NCBI GenBank assembly: GCA_050084515.1
Contig: CM114271.1
Span: forward strand, 12,896,001-12,960,000
Origin: Blasia pusilla
Lineage: Eukaryota
Reading direction: 5' to 3'
DNA: 64,000 nt
Each line of letters opens with the position of its first letter. Position 1 is the stretch's first letter. Below are positions 1-12,158 of the stretch, one piece after another. The position numbers and the translations under genes were made by a program. The notes under the pieces are model-generated. The model worked only from the letters and a program-made list of their open reading frames with translations. It did no database searches and was not told where the DNA came from.

Positions 1-487
1 TAGCGCTTGCTCCGGTCAGCACTCCCATGAGCCGCTGAATGGGGAACACGGTCCCCAACCCGCACCAAAAATGAGTAACCAGCGAGCTCCTCCATTGAAA
101 CTCTCTCCCGCTCTCATTCTCTATTTGTAAAATAAGGTCAAATCTCTCTCACAACACCATAGCTCTCATATGTGTGCACTCTCACATGTCTCTCTCAATG
201 TCAAACCAAACCCACTCTCCTAATGAGAAGCTTGGGTTACGCTCCCAAGGCAAGGGACCATAGCTCTTCTGCCTCGTGCCAAGAGGTTCAATAAAGAGAG
301 AATGAGCTCTCAAGCTTTCTCTCTTGGAGGTATACCCCCTTCCCTCTCCCAAGCTCTTTCCTCGATGACCTGCTCTCTCAGGTTACCCGTGGCCTCAACA
401 AATGATCCTCAACCTCCTAAGGCTGCCCTCCAATATCTCCAAATGCGCTCTACTAGATCTCGCCAATCTATCCTAAAAGACATGACA
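1..487 (-). repeat. Partial inverted copy of the 5' region (A block and downstream) of the DNMT-carrying retrotransposon family; runs off the window start
   Basis: Reverse complement matches 36982-~37630 (e.g. GTCTTTTAGGATAGAT, GAGAGAGCTTGAGAGCTCATTCTCTCTTT, GGGGACCGTGTTCCCCATTCA). It begins TGTCATGTC at 487, the same point where the 36982 copy begins TGTCAGGTC. Confidence 0.85.
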
Positions 488-699
488 TTGTGGTGGCAGC
501 GATGGGCATGGCCAAAGAAGAGGACAAGCCCCGTAAGGGTAGGAAGGCCCTATCTTGGGGAAGGTTTGAGGGATGTGGAGAATAAGCCTATTGGGCCCAA
601 TCTCCTTAGTAACTTCAAGGATATAGGTGAATTCAACAAGTTACCCGATCAAGATGAGGGTTTGGGGGACGAAATGGCCATCGGCAACAACTGTATGCC

Positions 700-1369
700 C
701 TAGACTTTACGCTCTAGTATGCAAATGGAGGGTGGAAAAGTGGAACTTTCTTTAGTAAGTACAACCATCCCAAAACTAGTCATAATTTGGTGGAGTTGGC
801 TAGACGAAAAGACATTGTTGTGATCCATTTTTCTTTGCACTAGAAGGTTTGAAATGGACATTCTGCTTTCATACTAAAATTTTAGGATGTTGATTTTAAG
901 GTAACCAAGCCTAAGAAAGTTCCTCAACGTTCTAGTGTGCAAATATTCTTTTCACACTCATAGTTTAGGGGGGTAAATATAAGTCAACTCAACTCAAAAA
1001 AATAGTTGCAAAAAATGTTTTAGGGTGTAGATTTTTTGTACTTTGTTTGAATGAATGTGCTTATTATTTGGGGGAATGGGTTCATTAGGGCTAGAATTGC
1101 TAAGATTAACCATGAGTTATTTCCCATCATATGAATTTTTTCTTGAAATGTTGCTATATTCTTTTTGGTACAAAGAATCATTGAAGATGCCAAGTATCTC
1201 GAGCATATTAGGGATGGGAGGGCATAAGAAAATATTCTGTAAGGAGGAAAAATTTTCAACGTCATACTATGTCCACTCGAGAGATATTAAGCCGAATCAA
1301 AACTACCACCTTTTGTGCTAAACTCAAACCTAAATCCCAAGGACCACCACACCCTATTCCATCATTGTT

Positions 1370-1412
<43 letters not shown>

Positions 1413-2450
1413 CTTATTTTATGTTAGAACTTTATTTCCATGAAAAAATGCTCTTAAATGGAGTGAGATATTTTGAATCTATAAGGAAGGATTTTATCCT
1501 TTTTCAAATGTGATCTAGGAGACTATAATATACCCAAAAAAATTTAATTCTTTAGTTATCTTAATTCATTAAAATTCATTTTGCTTCTAGTCTTTTACGA
1601 AGAAAGCTCATTTTGGGAGAGAAGATATATTTTCACAATTCACTTCAAGCGTGATATTTTGTCCTTCTCCACTTATCATGGGTATCTCTAGATACATGGG
1701 TCATATAATCCAAGTTTTCTGGATTAAGTGTTTATGGCTCTTCAATACAACTAAGAGCCAACTTCCTTCCTCTCTTTGATAGAAAATCCAATTTTTTATA
1801 AAAAAAAAATCAAAAGACAAGGAAAGGAATTTATGGAAAGAATATCCAAAGAAGGGAAAAAGTCGAGAAATACAAGGAAAATGGCAACAAGAAAACACAA
1901 AAACCAACTCAACAAGCTATGCAAGTAATAGTTTCAAAGAAATCCAATGCAAAACACTAATGGTTTGTTCACATAACAAGGTCAACTCGTTCATGAGAGG
2001 TTTTTTTTATAGTAAAAGGCAGGATAATCAAATTTAATTTGGTTCAGATTCTTAAAGATAAGCTCTTGAAGCTGATCAAGCCCTTTTATAATCAATCGAT
2101 TGCGAGGGGCTAGAACCACTTGTGTGCCAAGTAGTCAAAGATAGATCTGATGTGTACTTGTTGGAATAATAGACCTCCCTCTTCTACATGAGCCATATTA
2201 TCCTCCAAGATAGATGTATCTACTTAGAGAAACCTTGAAGTCATGATGGGGGCGATCACATTCCAATCCCCAAAAAAAATGTGATACATATGTGATTATG
2301 GAAGAAATCCCCACACCTCCAAAATAAAAGGGCAATTAGCTTTTCATGAAGCCATGACACAATTATTCTTATCAAAAGTATTAGAACCAAGAAGTGAATT
2401 GAATATTATCATGATAGATTTTGAAGATGTCATTGTAGATGAGAGGTAGG
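700..2450 (-). pseudogene. Possible highly decayed LINE remnant (endonuclease/RT fragments)
   Basis: Minus-strand fragments GDWNVI and TW...SQSIDY (~2090-2270) resemble APE endonuclease GDFN and TW..SRIDR motifs. There are many stops and the boundaries are approximate. Confidence 0.3.
1374..1409. repeat. (TC)n microsatellite
   Basis: About 18 consecutive TC units are directly visible. Confidence 0.95.
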
Positions 2451-3149
2451 GCAATATAGTATCAAGGCCTTAGAGGGGTCTTATACTTCCCTATTTTGAG
2501 AGGTCATATGTGACCTACTCTTAGGACTCAGGTGACCTGCGAGTGTAGGTCATCCTTCTTTTATGAGGATTGGCAACCTTGGAGATTTTGATCCTCCCAT
2601 CCTTGTCTGGAGCCAATTGGGCCTATAGGCTTGAGGGTTAGTTGGTAGTTGGTCTCATGAGAGGACTACATGTGTAGTTGTTAAAGAGTTAATTAGTGTC
2701 AATTGTGACCCTGTTGAGTGTGGGCAAGTCAGCAAGTGCGTGGGCCCTTTGTTGCTGATTTTGAGTGAGACTCGCTTGATTCTGGAGCAAACTCGGCTAG
2801 GAGGATAATCAAGCAAGGAACGAAAATAAGGAGGGGAAAATTATGTTGTATTGTGGAGGCTTTTATGAAATATTAGTTTTCCATTGGAAAAAGTGAAAAA
2901 AATTGAGTGTGACAATGAGAATGGGACAAAAAACGGAGCTCGTTTGAGAAATATTCCAAAAAGATTTCCTGCAACCACATAGATTCCTTGAGAAGAGGGG
3001 GTTACTCGTATAGAAAGGCCAAGAGAGCAGCGTTGGAACTGCTATGCAAGGCATGAGAACTTAAGTTTTGATAGTCCTTGTTTGGAAAAGTTAGAAGAAA
3101 TAATCGAGGAGAAGAGCTTCTCTAAGCCTTCTCACCTCGCTTCTCATTT

Positions 3150-4215
3150 TATCGGAACTCAGGTTTCGATGCCCCTTTCTAGTAAATGTGGTTCAGGAAA
3201 AGCAAGGAAGACGCAACGTGGTGTAGCTTTCCCGATGTGAGAGGTTGAAGAGGTTGGGGTTCTGGTAGTGTGGAGGAACTAGTGCCACTATTTTGGAGTC
3301 GTTACTGGAACATAGCTCAGACTACCATCCACGGAGTTAGTGGAGTGGAGGAGAGGCATAGGAACTAAAGTTCCAATTCATGAGAGCCTTCCCATCAAGC
3401 AGTTCGGAGCAGAGCGGCGAAGAGGGAATGGAACTAAAATTCTGATTTAGTAGCAAGGGTCATCTCGACGCAACGTGGCAGGGCGCCACCTGGCAAGGGT
3501 GACAAAGAGGTGAAAAAGGGATTTGGAACTCAAGTTCCAATGCTAGCATAGTCGAGCCTAGGCGTGGTTCAACTGCATGGTGGTCATCTTGACGGCGTCA
3601 CAAAGGGACATAGAGTAGTCCGACGGGAATGACAAGGAGGCAAGGAGGAGGTTGAAACTCAAGTTCCAATTTTGTCAAAATGGAGCCTTAGAGTGTCTCT
3701 ACTATGGTGGTGATTTCTACGACGTGGCACGGTGCGGCGGCGTAAAGGAAAGTGAAGTAAAGTGAGGAGGAAATTGGAACTTTAGCTCCAATTGCTTACT
3801 CCTCCCTCGATATGTCGTGCTACAATTGTAGAGTGTCGCTGGCCTTACCTCGTAGGTCTGCACCAAAGGGGATTGGAACTTGAGTTCCAATTTCCCTCAC
3901 TATCCTCTCCACGTTCTCTTGTAGAGTGAACTAACACAACTACAAGCCAAATTGGAACTCAAGCTCCAATCCCCTTTGGCGCAGATCTACGACGTAAGGT
4001 CAACGACACTCTACAGTTGCAACACGACGCATAGAGGGAGGAGTAAGCAATTGGAGCTGAAGTTCCACTTCCGTCATTCTTCAATGAGGTGAGAAAGGAA
4101 GGAATAAGTCAAGGGCATTTGAAACTCAAGTTCCAATTGGGTGCGCCCATCATCCCTTATTTTCCCAGGGTGGTCTCTTGTGGTGCGGTGAGGAGTCAAA
4201 ACTCAAGGTCCAATT
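3150..4215. repeat. Array of ~11 palindromic GGAACT-NN-AGTTCC motifs containing a ~120-bp inverted repeat
   Basis: Motif variants near 3154, 3361, 3430, 3524, 3653, 3775, 3874, 3952, 4052, 4120 and 4199. Segment ~3772-3893 is the imperfect reverse complement of ~3948-4070. Confidence 0.85.
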
Positions 4216-4899
4216 TCCCCATCTTCATCTCTTGTGAGTCCTGCGTAGCGAATCATGGCAGAAAAATGAGCATGAGGTCAAGCTTCGAGATGGGAGAGGC
4301 GTCAAAGGTGCGAGTGGGCATGAGAGGCATCAGCAAGCCAGCTTGTTGGTGGGGGTAAGGAACTGGAAAGTTTTTGGTGAGCCAAATCAACGTTACCTCC
4401 AAGCCACCTATGCCACTTCTATTCCTCCAAAGTGTGTTTAACTGGAGAGTTCTTATGCATGTTGTATTACCAACACACCCACAAGGAACTAATGCCTAGC
4501 TATTGCACACAAGGGAATTTACTCACTTACCTTGATGCTTGTACATGTGGAGATGCTTGAGGGGTGATTTTTTGAGGGACACACATTATTATTAGTAGTG
4601 CATTGGTAAGTGCACAACACTATTGTGGCTATGTTAGAGAACTTTGGTGGGATGGATGTATATCCCACTAGTTGAGGGTGACTAAGTGTGCAGGCTATTT
4701 GCTCAGTGTTGGTCTCAAGTAAGAAAAGTGGAGGCATGTCCATTGTTTTGGCATTTTCTAGTGCAAAGTTAGTGGCTTGGGAGTGAGTCACCTAAGTTTG
4801 CATGTTTCGCCAGTTGTATTTGCTCCAAAGGTGACGTTAACAGATTCTAAGTTACTTGAGAGGCTACTGAGTGTCGTGAGTATTGCACACCATTGTTAT

Positions 4900-7690
4900 G
4901 GAACATGGATGATTGCAATACCTATGGGTCCATGAGGGGATCCCGAGGGTTCTCAAGCATGGTGGGAACCGTCGAGTTGGATGATTTTATGAAGGAGTTC
5001 AACACTTGGTGTGATGCACAGAGGATGCGGAACCAATAGAGATTTGACCCCTTCATGGCATTGAAGGGGCTTTTTCAAAATCTGTATGGCCCTCCCATGG
5101 ATGATTATCACGAGTTTTGGATTCTCCATGAGGCGGAGATCGAGACATAAAGACTATTTTGGTCTCCAAGGTATGTGTCTCTCACAGGGCGTGCAATGTA
5201 TGATGTGACTGCTGCAATAGCATCTACTACCCGCACGGAGTAGACGATTGGATGAGTTGTCTTACAATTGGGACTAGTCGAGTACCACCAATGTTCAACC
5301 CGTTGGTTAAGATCTTCCGAGAGTTGGGGAGGAACTATCAAAGAGTGAGGGCCTACAAGCTGAAATCGATTCATGAGTTTCAACGGAGAGCGGGGGAGAG
5401 TCTACGAGAGGCCTATGCACGGCTTTGATGCTTGATCACAGTGACTCATGATGTGATAGAGGCACTGCCAGTTTTGGTATGCTACGCTAAACCACGAGCT
5501 ACGGAAGAGAGTGCGGGATGCAACTCTCTTACATGTTGGTTCTCCTACTCTCAAGTATGTATTTTGTTGGCGGAGCCTATTGAGCTCAAGATACTTGAGG
5601 AGAGTGTTGATGACAAGGGCAGCATACTCAAGGGAGACGAAACAAGTAACAATGTCTCCATCAACATCGGAGTGCACTACTCAAGATCGAGTCATGGGAC
5701 CGAGGGCTATGGGAGGATACCGAGGGCCACCACCACGACTAATAAAATCTTACGCTGGGCAATAAGGCTCAAGTATTTCTTGTTGGACATGTGAAGGTTC
5801 ACATCGTCAATGAGATTGTCAAGAGTAGAATGGAGTGCATGCAACACCTCCAGTTGTATATGAGACGGCGAGGGGAGGCCACCCTTACCTTAATGTGATC
5901 ATTTCCAGAGATATAGTCACACATGTGAGAGATGTTTCAAGCTCCACCCTGAGCTACGCCTAGATGGAGGTCAAGGACTTGGAGGTGGAAGAGGACGAGG
6001 CGTAGGAGGTTGATAGTGTGGTGGAGGTAGGGCCCCACCACTTTCCAGATCGAGTGGAGGACTTGCATCAGAGGCAACTATGGCAATGATTGCTCAGTTG
6101 GAGCAACTCCTTCAAGCTATGAGGGCCTAGCAGGCATCTACATCAAGTGCACGGGGCATGTTGACTTTTGGATTTTCCCAGGCCCAAGATATGGTGTGAT
6201 ATCTAGAAGGTATGGGATTTCTTTGCAACACGGCATAGATGGATGTAGTGGTTACAAGAGGTGAGAGCTTCTAAGCCACTAGGATCTGATGTGGAGTTGG
6301 ATCCCCAAAGGGAAGAAGCTGGCAGGCAGGGTAGACTCCCTCAGTCATTTACATTGCCTGAGGCTCTTCGGACCCCATCAAAGGTCCCTAGACACCCCTT
6401 AAAGAGTGATGTTGTTGCAGGTGCCGATGCAATTAGTGGAGTGGATGAGGCAAGTAGGTCTATCATGTCTATACACCATTCAACACGGCCTAGCACTTGC
6501 ACATTGCGAGAGATTGCAATGGATTTGTGCAGAGTCCCCTATTTATGTGTGGGGACTTGATAACATATGAAGGTCAAGTAGTTGAGGTTTTCCAATTGGC
6601 AACGACACTCTATGAGAGTGATGATTTTGGTTCTTCTAGTATTGAGACTCGCCTAGGAGATGTGGCGGACGTACCCTAGGAACAGGTGCTTGGGACGAGA
6701 TCCACAGAGAGTTGGCATGTAGGAGTGGATAGAGTGGTGGAGTTTCCAGCTAGACCAGCGATAGAGCGCACAACCGTTTCACCAAGATTTTTTGTCTTGG
6801 ACAATGAAGATGGAGTATTCCAATTGGTTGGTCTGTCTGGAGTCATGATTGATCGAAGCGTGTTCTTCTTGATTTAGGAGCACAATCCATTATGTTGGGG
6901 AGGCGGTATGTGTAGCAATGGGATTGCGGAAGTGTGAGATCACTCCATGTCCCCTCCAAATTCAAACTTTACTAGGAGACAGATACCCAACATAGTATAT
7001 GACTCGCGATGAGATTGCAATGAGGATTCAGCTCGATCATCCTATTGGTATTGCGATGGTGCGGACACGAGCGGTGATGACGTCGGACTTGTGCTATGAT
7101 ATTTTGGTAGGGGCAATTGTATTGTATCCTCTAGGGTTCACACTTAACTTTTGGGAGGAGACAGCCTCCTATCAAAAATTTTGGTATTCAAATGAGGGAC
7201 AATCCAATTATCTACCTATACGGTATGAAGAGAGACTTGATGGTTCACTCTGAGGATTGACCACAACAATTACGTTACAACTATTTATGGCACGTTATGT
7301 TGGCCTGGAGACTTACTAGAGAGGAACGCCAATGTAGAGGATATTCCTATAGAGGATAGTCTTGAGGAGTCACAAATGATGACGAGCGTGACTACCGCAA
7401 TTGGTGACAATTCTTTAGTTTTGTGGGGAATCAGCATCGATTTGAGGAGGAGTACAAATGAGCTCGTGAGGCAGGAGTGGAGCTGAGACTATGCTCTAGA
7501 GCGAGACGGAGTCAAAGTTACCACATCCTCTAGGAGTGGAGACGTTGACACCCTTGGACATCACATCAATTGTGCGGCAGTATCCCGAGGAGAGTGTACG
7601 TATACTAGATTTCTTTGGAGGGATTAGTACGCCTTTGGTTGTATTGTAGGCCGAAGTAAAAATATAGCAGTACTTGCATGTTGAGAGGTT
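4900..7690 (+). mobile_element. Degenerate Ty3/gypsy gag-protease-(DNMT start) fragment related to the 37-46.6 kb element
   Basis: Protease RVLLDLGAQ (~6860) and YDILVGAIVLYPLGFTLNFWEETASY (~7090-7170) match LDVLVGGAMLYPMGFFLDSWEESAS at ~40900-40980. It is followed by LTPLDITSIVRQYPEESVRILDFFGGIST...QYLHVE (~7545-7688), which matches the DNMT motif I/II region at ~41335-41475. Truncated thereafter, with many stops. Confidence 0.8.
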
Positions 7691-10600
7691 TAGATATATT
7701 AATGTGATCTTTAAGGCACATTAAATTGAGGTTTTTTATCCTTAATTAGGGGGTGTGAGCAGGATGTCTTGTTCAAACTAAACAAGAGATCCCAAAGGAT
7801 TTCTAGATGACTCAGATTGACTCCTATATGATATTATACAAGTTTCACAAGGTCACTTCTAGGTTGTTTTTTTTATACCTTACAACTTCTTGTCATAAAA
7901 AACTCACTCTGTCCTATGTTCAAAACGAGACTATGAACTCCTTTCTACCTTCCTCAACCAACACCTTGAGAGATACGTAGCATATGACTACAAATGGGCT
8001 TCGCCCAGTCCATTCCCTCATCGGATCATTAGAGTGGTCCCAAAGGGCCCTTATTAAAGTTTCTTAATTATGATAATCCTCTAATAATACAACATATAAA
8101 TTTTATTATTAACAAATTTAGATTCTGCAATTTACACTTTCTTGGGTTAGCCCAAAATAAGTTAAATTTGGTAATCATAGATACATTTATAGATCAAAAA
8201 GTGCACTTATAAAGTTTCAAATAAGAAATTTCCTAGGGGGAGGTTTTTTCACTACAATCTTTTATGTGACCTAAATTCTTAAATGTTCTTTGTCTTCCAA
8301 TAAGAATCTTTCTGTGTGATGCACTAGCATAAGACTTAGTACGTACCCTCAATGTTTTTCCGCATTACAACACCATTAAATAAGATCCTAAGTCACTGCA
8401 CAAAACTTATGTGTGCACATCTCCTCAAAACTTCAACATCTCTAAACTCTACTTTATGTCTCTTCTAACCGTCAACTATATTATTGAATTTTATGAGAGA
8501 ATTGTTAGACGGTGTTGACACTCCAATGTTGGTAGAAATTTTTGTGGATGTTTGATGAAGTGATTGGAGGTCTAATCTTTTAGAAACAAGCGCATGTGTA
8601 GGTATTGAATCCACTACAAACGAGTGTGAACCTACTATTTTCAAAATGACATTTCTTTCCTAAATATATCCACTTCTTTGGGAGTAAAGATACCAAAAAG
8701 AGTATTATTATTTAGATATTAAAAAATTTTGATTACATTTTAATTCTAAAATCCGGATACAAATAAATTTTCAAATCTCCAAAAAAAAATTCAATTCTAA
8801 TACTTTTTCTTGGGCCTTTCTTTTCACATGTTGAATATCCCATCTCTTAAAGAAAAATGGAATTGAAAAGGGACTTTCTCCGTTTTTTTTCAGTCCTTTT
8901 TAATTAATTTTTAAATTTTTAAATGGAAAAAAAGACAATAATAAAAATAGAATAGAATAGAAGAGTTGTACGCTGGAGGGTAATATCCAAAAGGCGGCGC
9001 AGATGACATGGCGCATTTTCATAAGTCGAAGGAACTACAGTACATCACGGCGGACGGTCCGGCGAAAGTACGCATTCTCAGCTGCAGCCGGTGATGGAGA
9101 CGTGCGCACTATTACGAATCGTACAAGGTACTCCTGAGTCCTCACTTTCGAGCGGCGGTCAGGTTACCTCTATGAAACGATCTGATGACGAGGGCCATGA
9201 GGCACGTTGGGAATAGCTTCTGAAATTCTCAACACCGAACGTCGGTTATATTGAGTCAATTCACGGCAAGGAATTTCCTGAGCAGCAACAGTGTACAAAA
9301 TGAGTATTCAACTCAGATATTTCATTGGACAGAAATATTCTACGTAAGTAGTATTTTCATGAAAATATCTTCGCAATAAATTTAGTTTGAAGCGCGAAAA
9401 ACAAATAGGCCTTCGAAAAGCAAGAAATAAAAAAATTTCGTCCGACATGAGGGGAGACTATTTATTCTCCTCGGTCCCACTTTTGAGATGGGATTTTTTT
9501 ATCATTGTAATTTTTATTGAATAAATTTGATTATAATTTCTTAAAATAATCTATTTTATTTTAATATTTTAATTAAAAAAATCATATCAATAACTTTGGA
9601 TTTCCAAAAGAGAGTGATTTAAATATTTTCTCAGACGATTAACATTAAATCCCTCATTCATTTCATTGCCACATTAGTTCACAGGAATGTTAGATATTTT
9701 GTGAATGTTATGTGTTTGCCTTTTCCGGGAAATTTTTTTAAAGAATTTCCCAAAAAATAATTTAATTTTATAATACTATTTAAATTTTCTTTGAACATAA
9801 TAGATGAAATATAATAACAATTCTTTCATTATTTTGTCTGAGGGTTAAGGATTGTTAAGTGCTCTTTGGATGCAATTGTCCTTTTTATTTCAAATGCCAT
9901 ATTTTGTCGAGTTAGTTTTTATGGCCAATAATTTGGTGTCCATGCAATGGACTAGGCCTCATGGATGGAAATGAAAAAGGTGACTTAAAGACCTATTAGT
10001 ATGAAATTCTAACAATGGAAAATCATTATGGTTAACTATTTCCTATGAAATATTTCTGGTTGCAGAAATGAAATTTGGAAAATTAACTTGTCTAATGGTT
10101 TCGAAAATGAAAATTTGACCTACAAATATTTTTGGAAACTTCTAGGGAGAAAATTTGAAGAATTTCAGTGTAAAACCTTTGGATATATTCACAATTATTG
10201 AATTTAAAGCTAACCAAAAAAAAACCCCATTATTTTTTATAAAAACAGAATTTCTTACCCTCTTATTTCAAAACAAATCATGTCCTAATCCTTCTTGATT
10301 TGGGCAAAAGGGAATGGCCTTTCACTTTTCCAAACACTCTGATTATTTGGAGAAAAAAATTTCTCATCATTCTCCTTTTCCCTCTCCTTATCTTTGAAAA
10401 AAATCTGAAATCCCCACCAATTTCTTTAACTAATATTGTTTAAATATGGGAGAAAAGAATGATCAAGAGGGGGACAAAGCAAATTTGAAAAGAGAGGAAA
10501 TATCATAGAAATAATATTCAAATGGTCTTCAAATGGAAATTTTTTCCTTTGTTTCATTAGGTTTACACCTTGATCCTACGCTAACATACAAAACCAATAG

Positions 10601-10869
10601 CATAAGGAACATGAATTAAAGCTTTTTATGGCAATGACTTGACGAAGGCCATAGTTCGTCCCGGAAAGGCATTCAATGCCGGTAGGGTAGGGCCTACCCC
10701 GAGCTGGGTCGGACCACGATTCAGGTTCGGGAGCCCCGGGATGGAGAGGTCGCGACGGACCCCTTCTAGAGACGGACGGGACGGAAAGGCAGGGAGGACA
10801 GGGAGGGATGGACGACGTCCGTTCTTGACGGCGTTAGGGCGGTCGTTTGCTCGTGGCTTTAGGGCGGTC

Positions 10870-11345
10870 GTTCTCGACTCGCGCGGCTCTCGCTCGACTC
10901 GCTCCTCGCTCGGCTCGGCTCGCTCGACTCGCTCCTTGTCGTTCGCTCCTGGCACTTGACTCGCTCGTTCGCTCTTGGCGCTCGACTCGCTCCTGGTCGT
11001 TCACTCCTGGCGCTCGACTTGCTCCTGGTTGTTCGCTCCTGGCTTGGCTCGCTCGACTCGCTCCCGTTCTCGACCCTGCTCTCGTTCTCGACTCGCAAGG
11101 CTCTTGCTCTCGACCTGGCTCTCGCTATCGACTCGGCTCTCAGGATCGACTCGGCTCTTGCTCTTGACTCCTAGCGCTCTCGTTCTTGACGGTGTTCTCG
11201 TTCTTCCGGATCTTGATCTCGTTCTCGCGGTGTTCTCGTTCTTCCGGATCTTGATCGGAGCTAATGCTCGTCTGCTCGGCTGTATTCCTGATCAGGCTCG
11301 TGTGCTCGGCTGCTCGGCTGTATTCCTGATGCTCGGCTGCTCGGC
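10870..11345. repeat. Degenerate short tandem repeats (CTCGACTCG/GCTCGGCT-type) subterminal to the left MULE TIR
   Basis: Many CTCGAC, CTCGCTC and GCTCCTGG units are visible; they generate spurious low-complexity ORFs. Confidence 0.8.
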
Positions 11346-11600
11346 TCTCCTTCGTTCACTTACCTCTGGTGGTGAGTGCTCTCTCCGTTGTCGTTCGCCC
11401 ACCTATGCATTGAATTCCTCTCTCTCTGCTCTTGTTTATGTCTCGTGATGTTCTCGTGCTCATCCCCGAGAAGAGTGTATATCCTCATTCGGCCCTCCCG
11501 AATCAAGAGAGTGTATATCCTGATTCACCTTAAATCCTGTCCTCGGCCTGTCCCCGAGAAGAGTGTATATCCTGATTCACCTTAAAATCTGGCATGCACA

Positions 11601-12158
11601 TGCACATGACACCTTGGGTTTTGAAACTCGCCCGTCTGCCCCTGAAAGCCACAGATAGCCGCGGACCCCCATCACCGTATCAGCCAGGAGATTTAGACTG
11701 TCAATACCGGGAGTGTCCTATGGTGCGAAAATGATGTTCTATGGGTGTAATTTCCCACAAATGAATGAATCATTTTGCAGAACCCACGCCCGGAGGAGTG
11801 TGCACTTCCGAGTAAGAGAGAAGAAAGAGAGAAGAAAGAAAGAAAGAGAAGAGGACATTGCCCGCTGTTCACTGCAACATACTATTTAAGAATTAGCAAA
11901 CCAAAAAACGAACTGAACTTGTCCTCAAGGGCACGGATATTCTCGCGTCTTCTTGCGGGAAGAGGTCTAACATCTATCGTCTCTCAAAACCCTAGGTATC
12001 ATGCACATGATACCTTGGGTTTTGAAACTCGCCCGTCTTCCCCTGAAAGCCACAGATAGCCGCGGACCCCCATCACCGTGTCAGCCAAGAGATTTAGATT
12101 GTCAATACCGGGAGTGTCCTATGGTGCAAAAACGATGTTCCATGGGTGTAATTTCCCA
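11601..12158. repeat. ~157-bp direct duplication (11601-11757 and 12002-12158) inside the MULE
   Basis: Near-identical TGCACATGAYACCTTGGGTTTTGAAACTCGCCCG...GGGTGTAATTTCCCA copies. Confidence 0.9.

Noticed and set aside
3150-4215. CRISPR-like repeat-spacer appearance
   Set aside because: Short degenerate repeats, irregular spacing, mixed orientation, plant nuclear context and no cas genes.
9170-9230. CTGATGA...GAAA suggestive of a hammerhead ribozyme
   Set aside because: No paired stem II directly closed by GAAA, and no consistent stems I/III could be built.
10626-11448. Several overlapping Arg/Ser/Leu-rich ORFs
   Set aside because: They arise from the GC-rich TIR and short tandem repeats; low complexity with no domain motifs.
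11601-12158. TRIM-like mini LTR element (TG...CA direct repeats)
   Set aside because: No TSD, PBS or PPT found; treated as an internal duplication.
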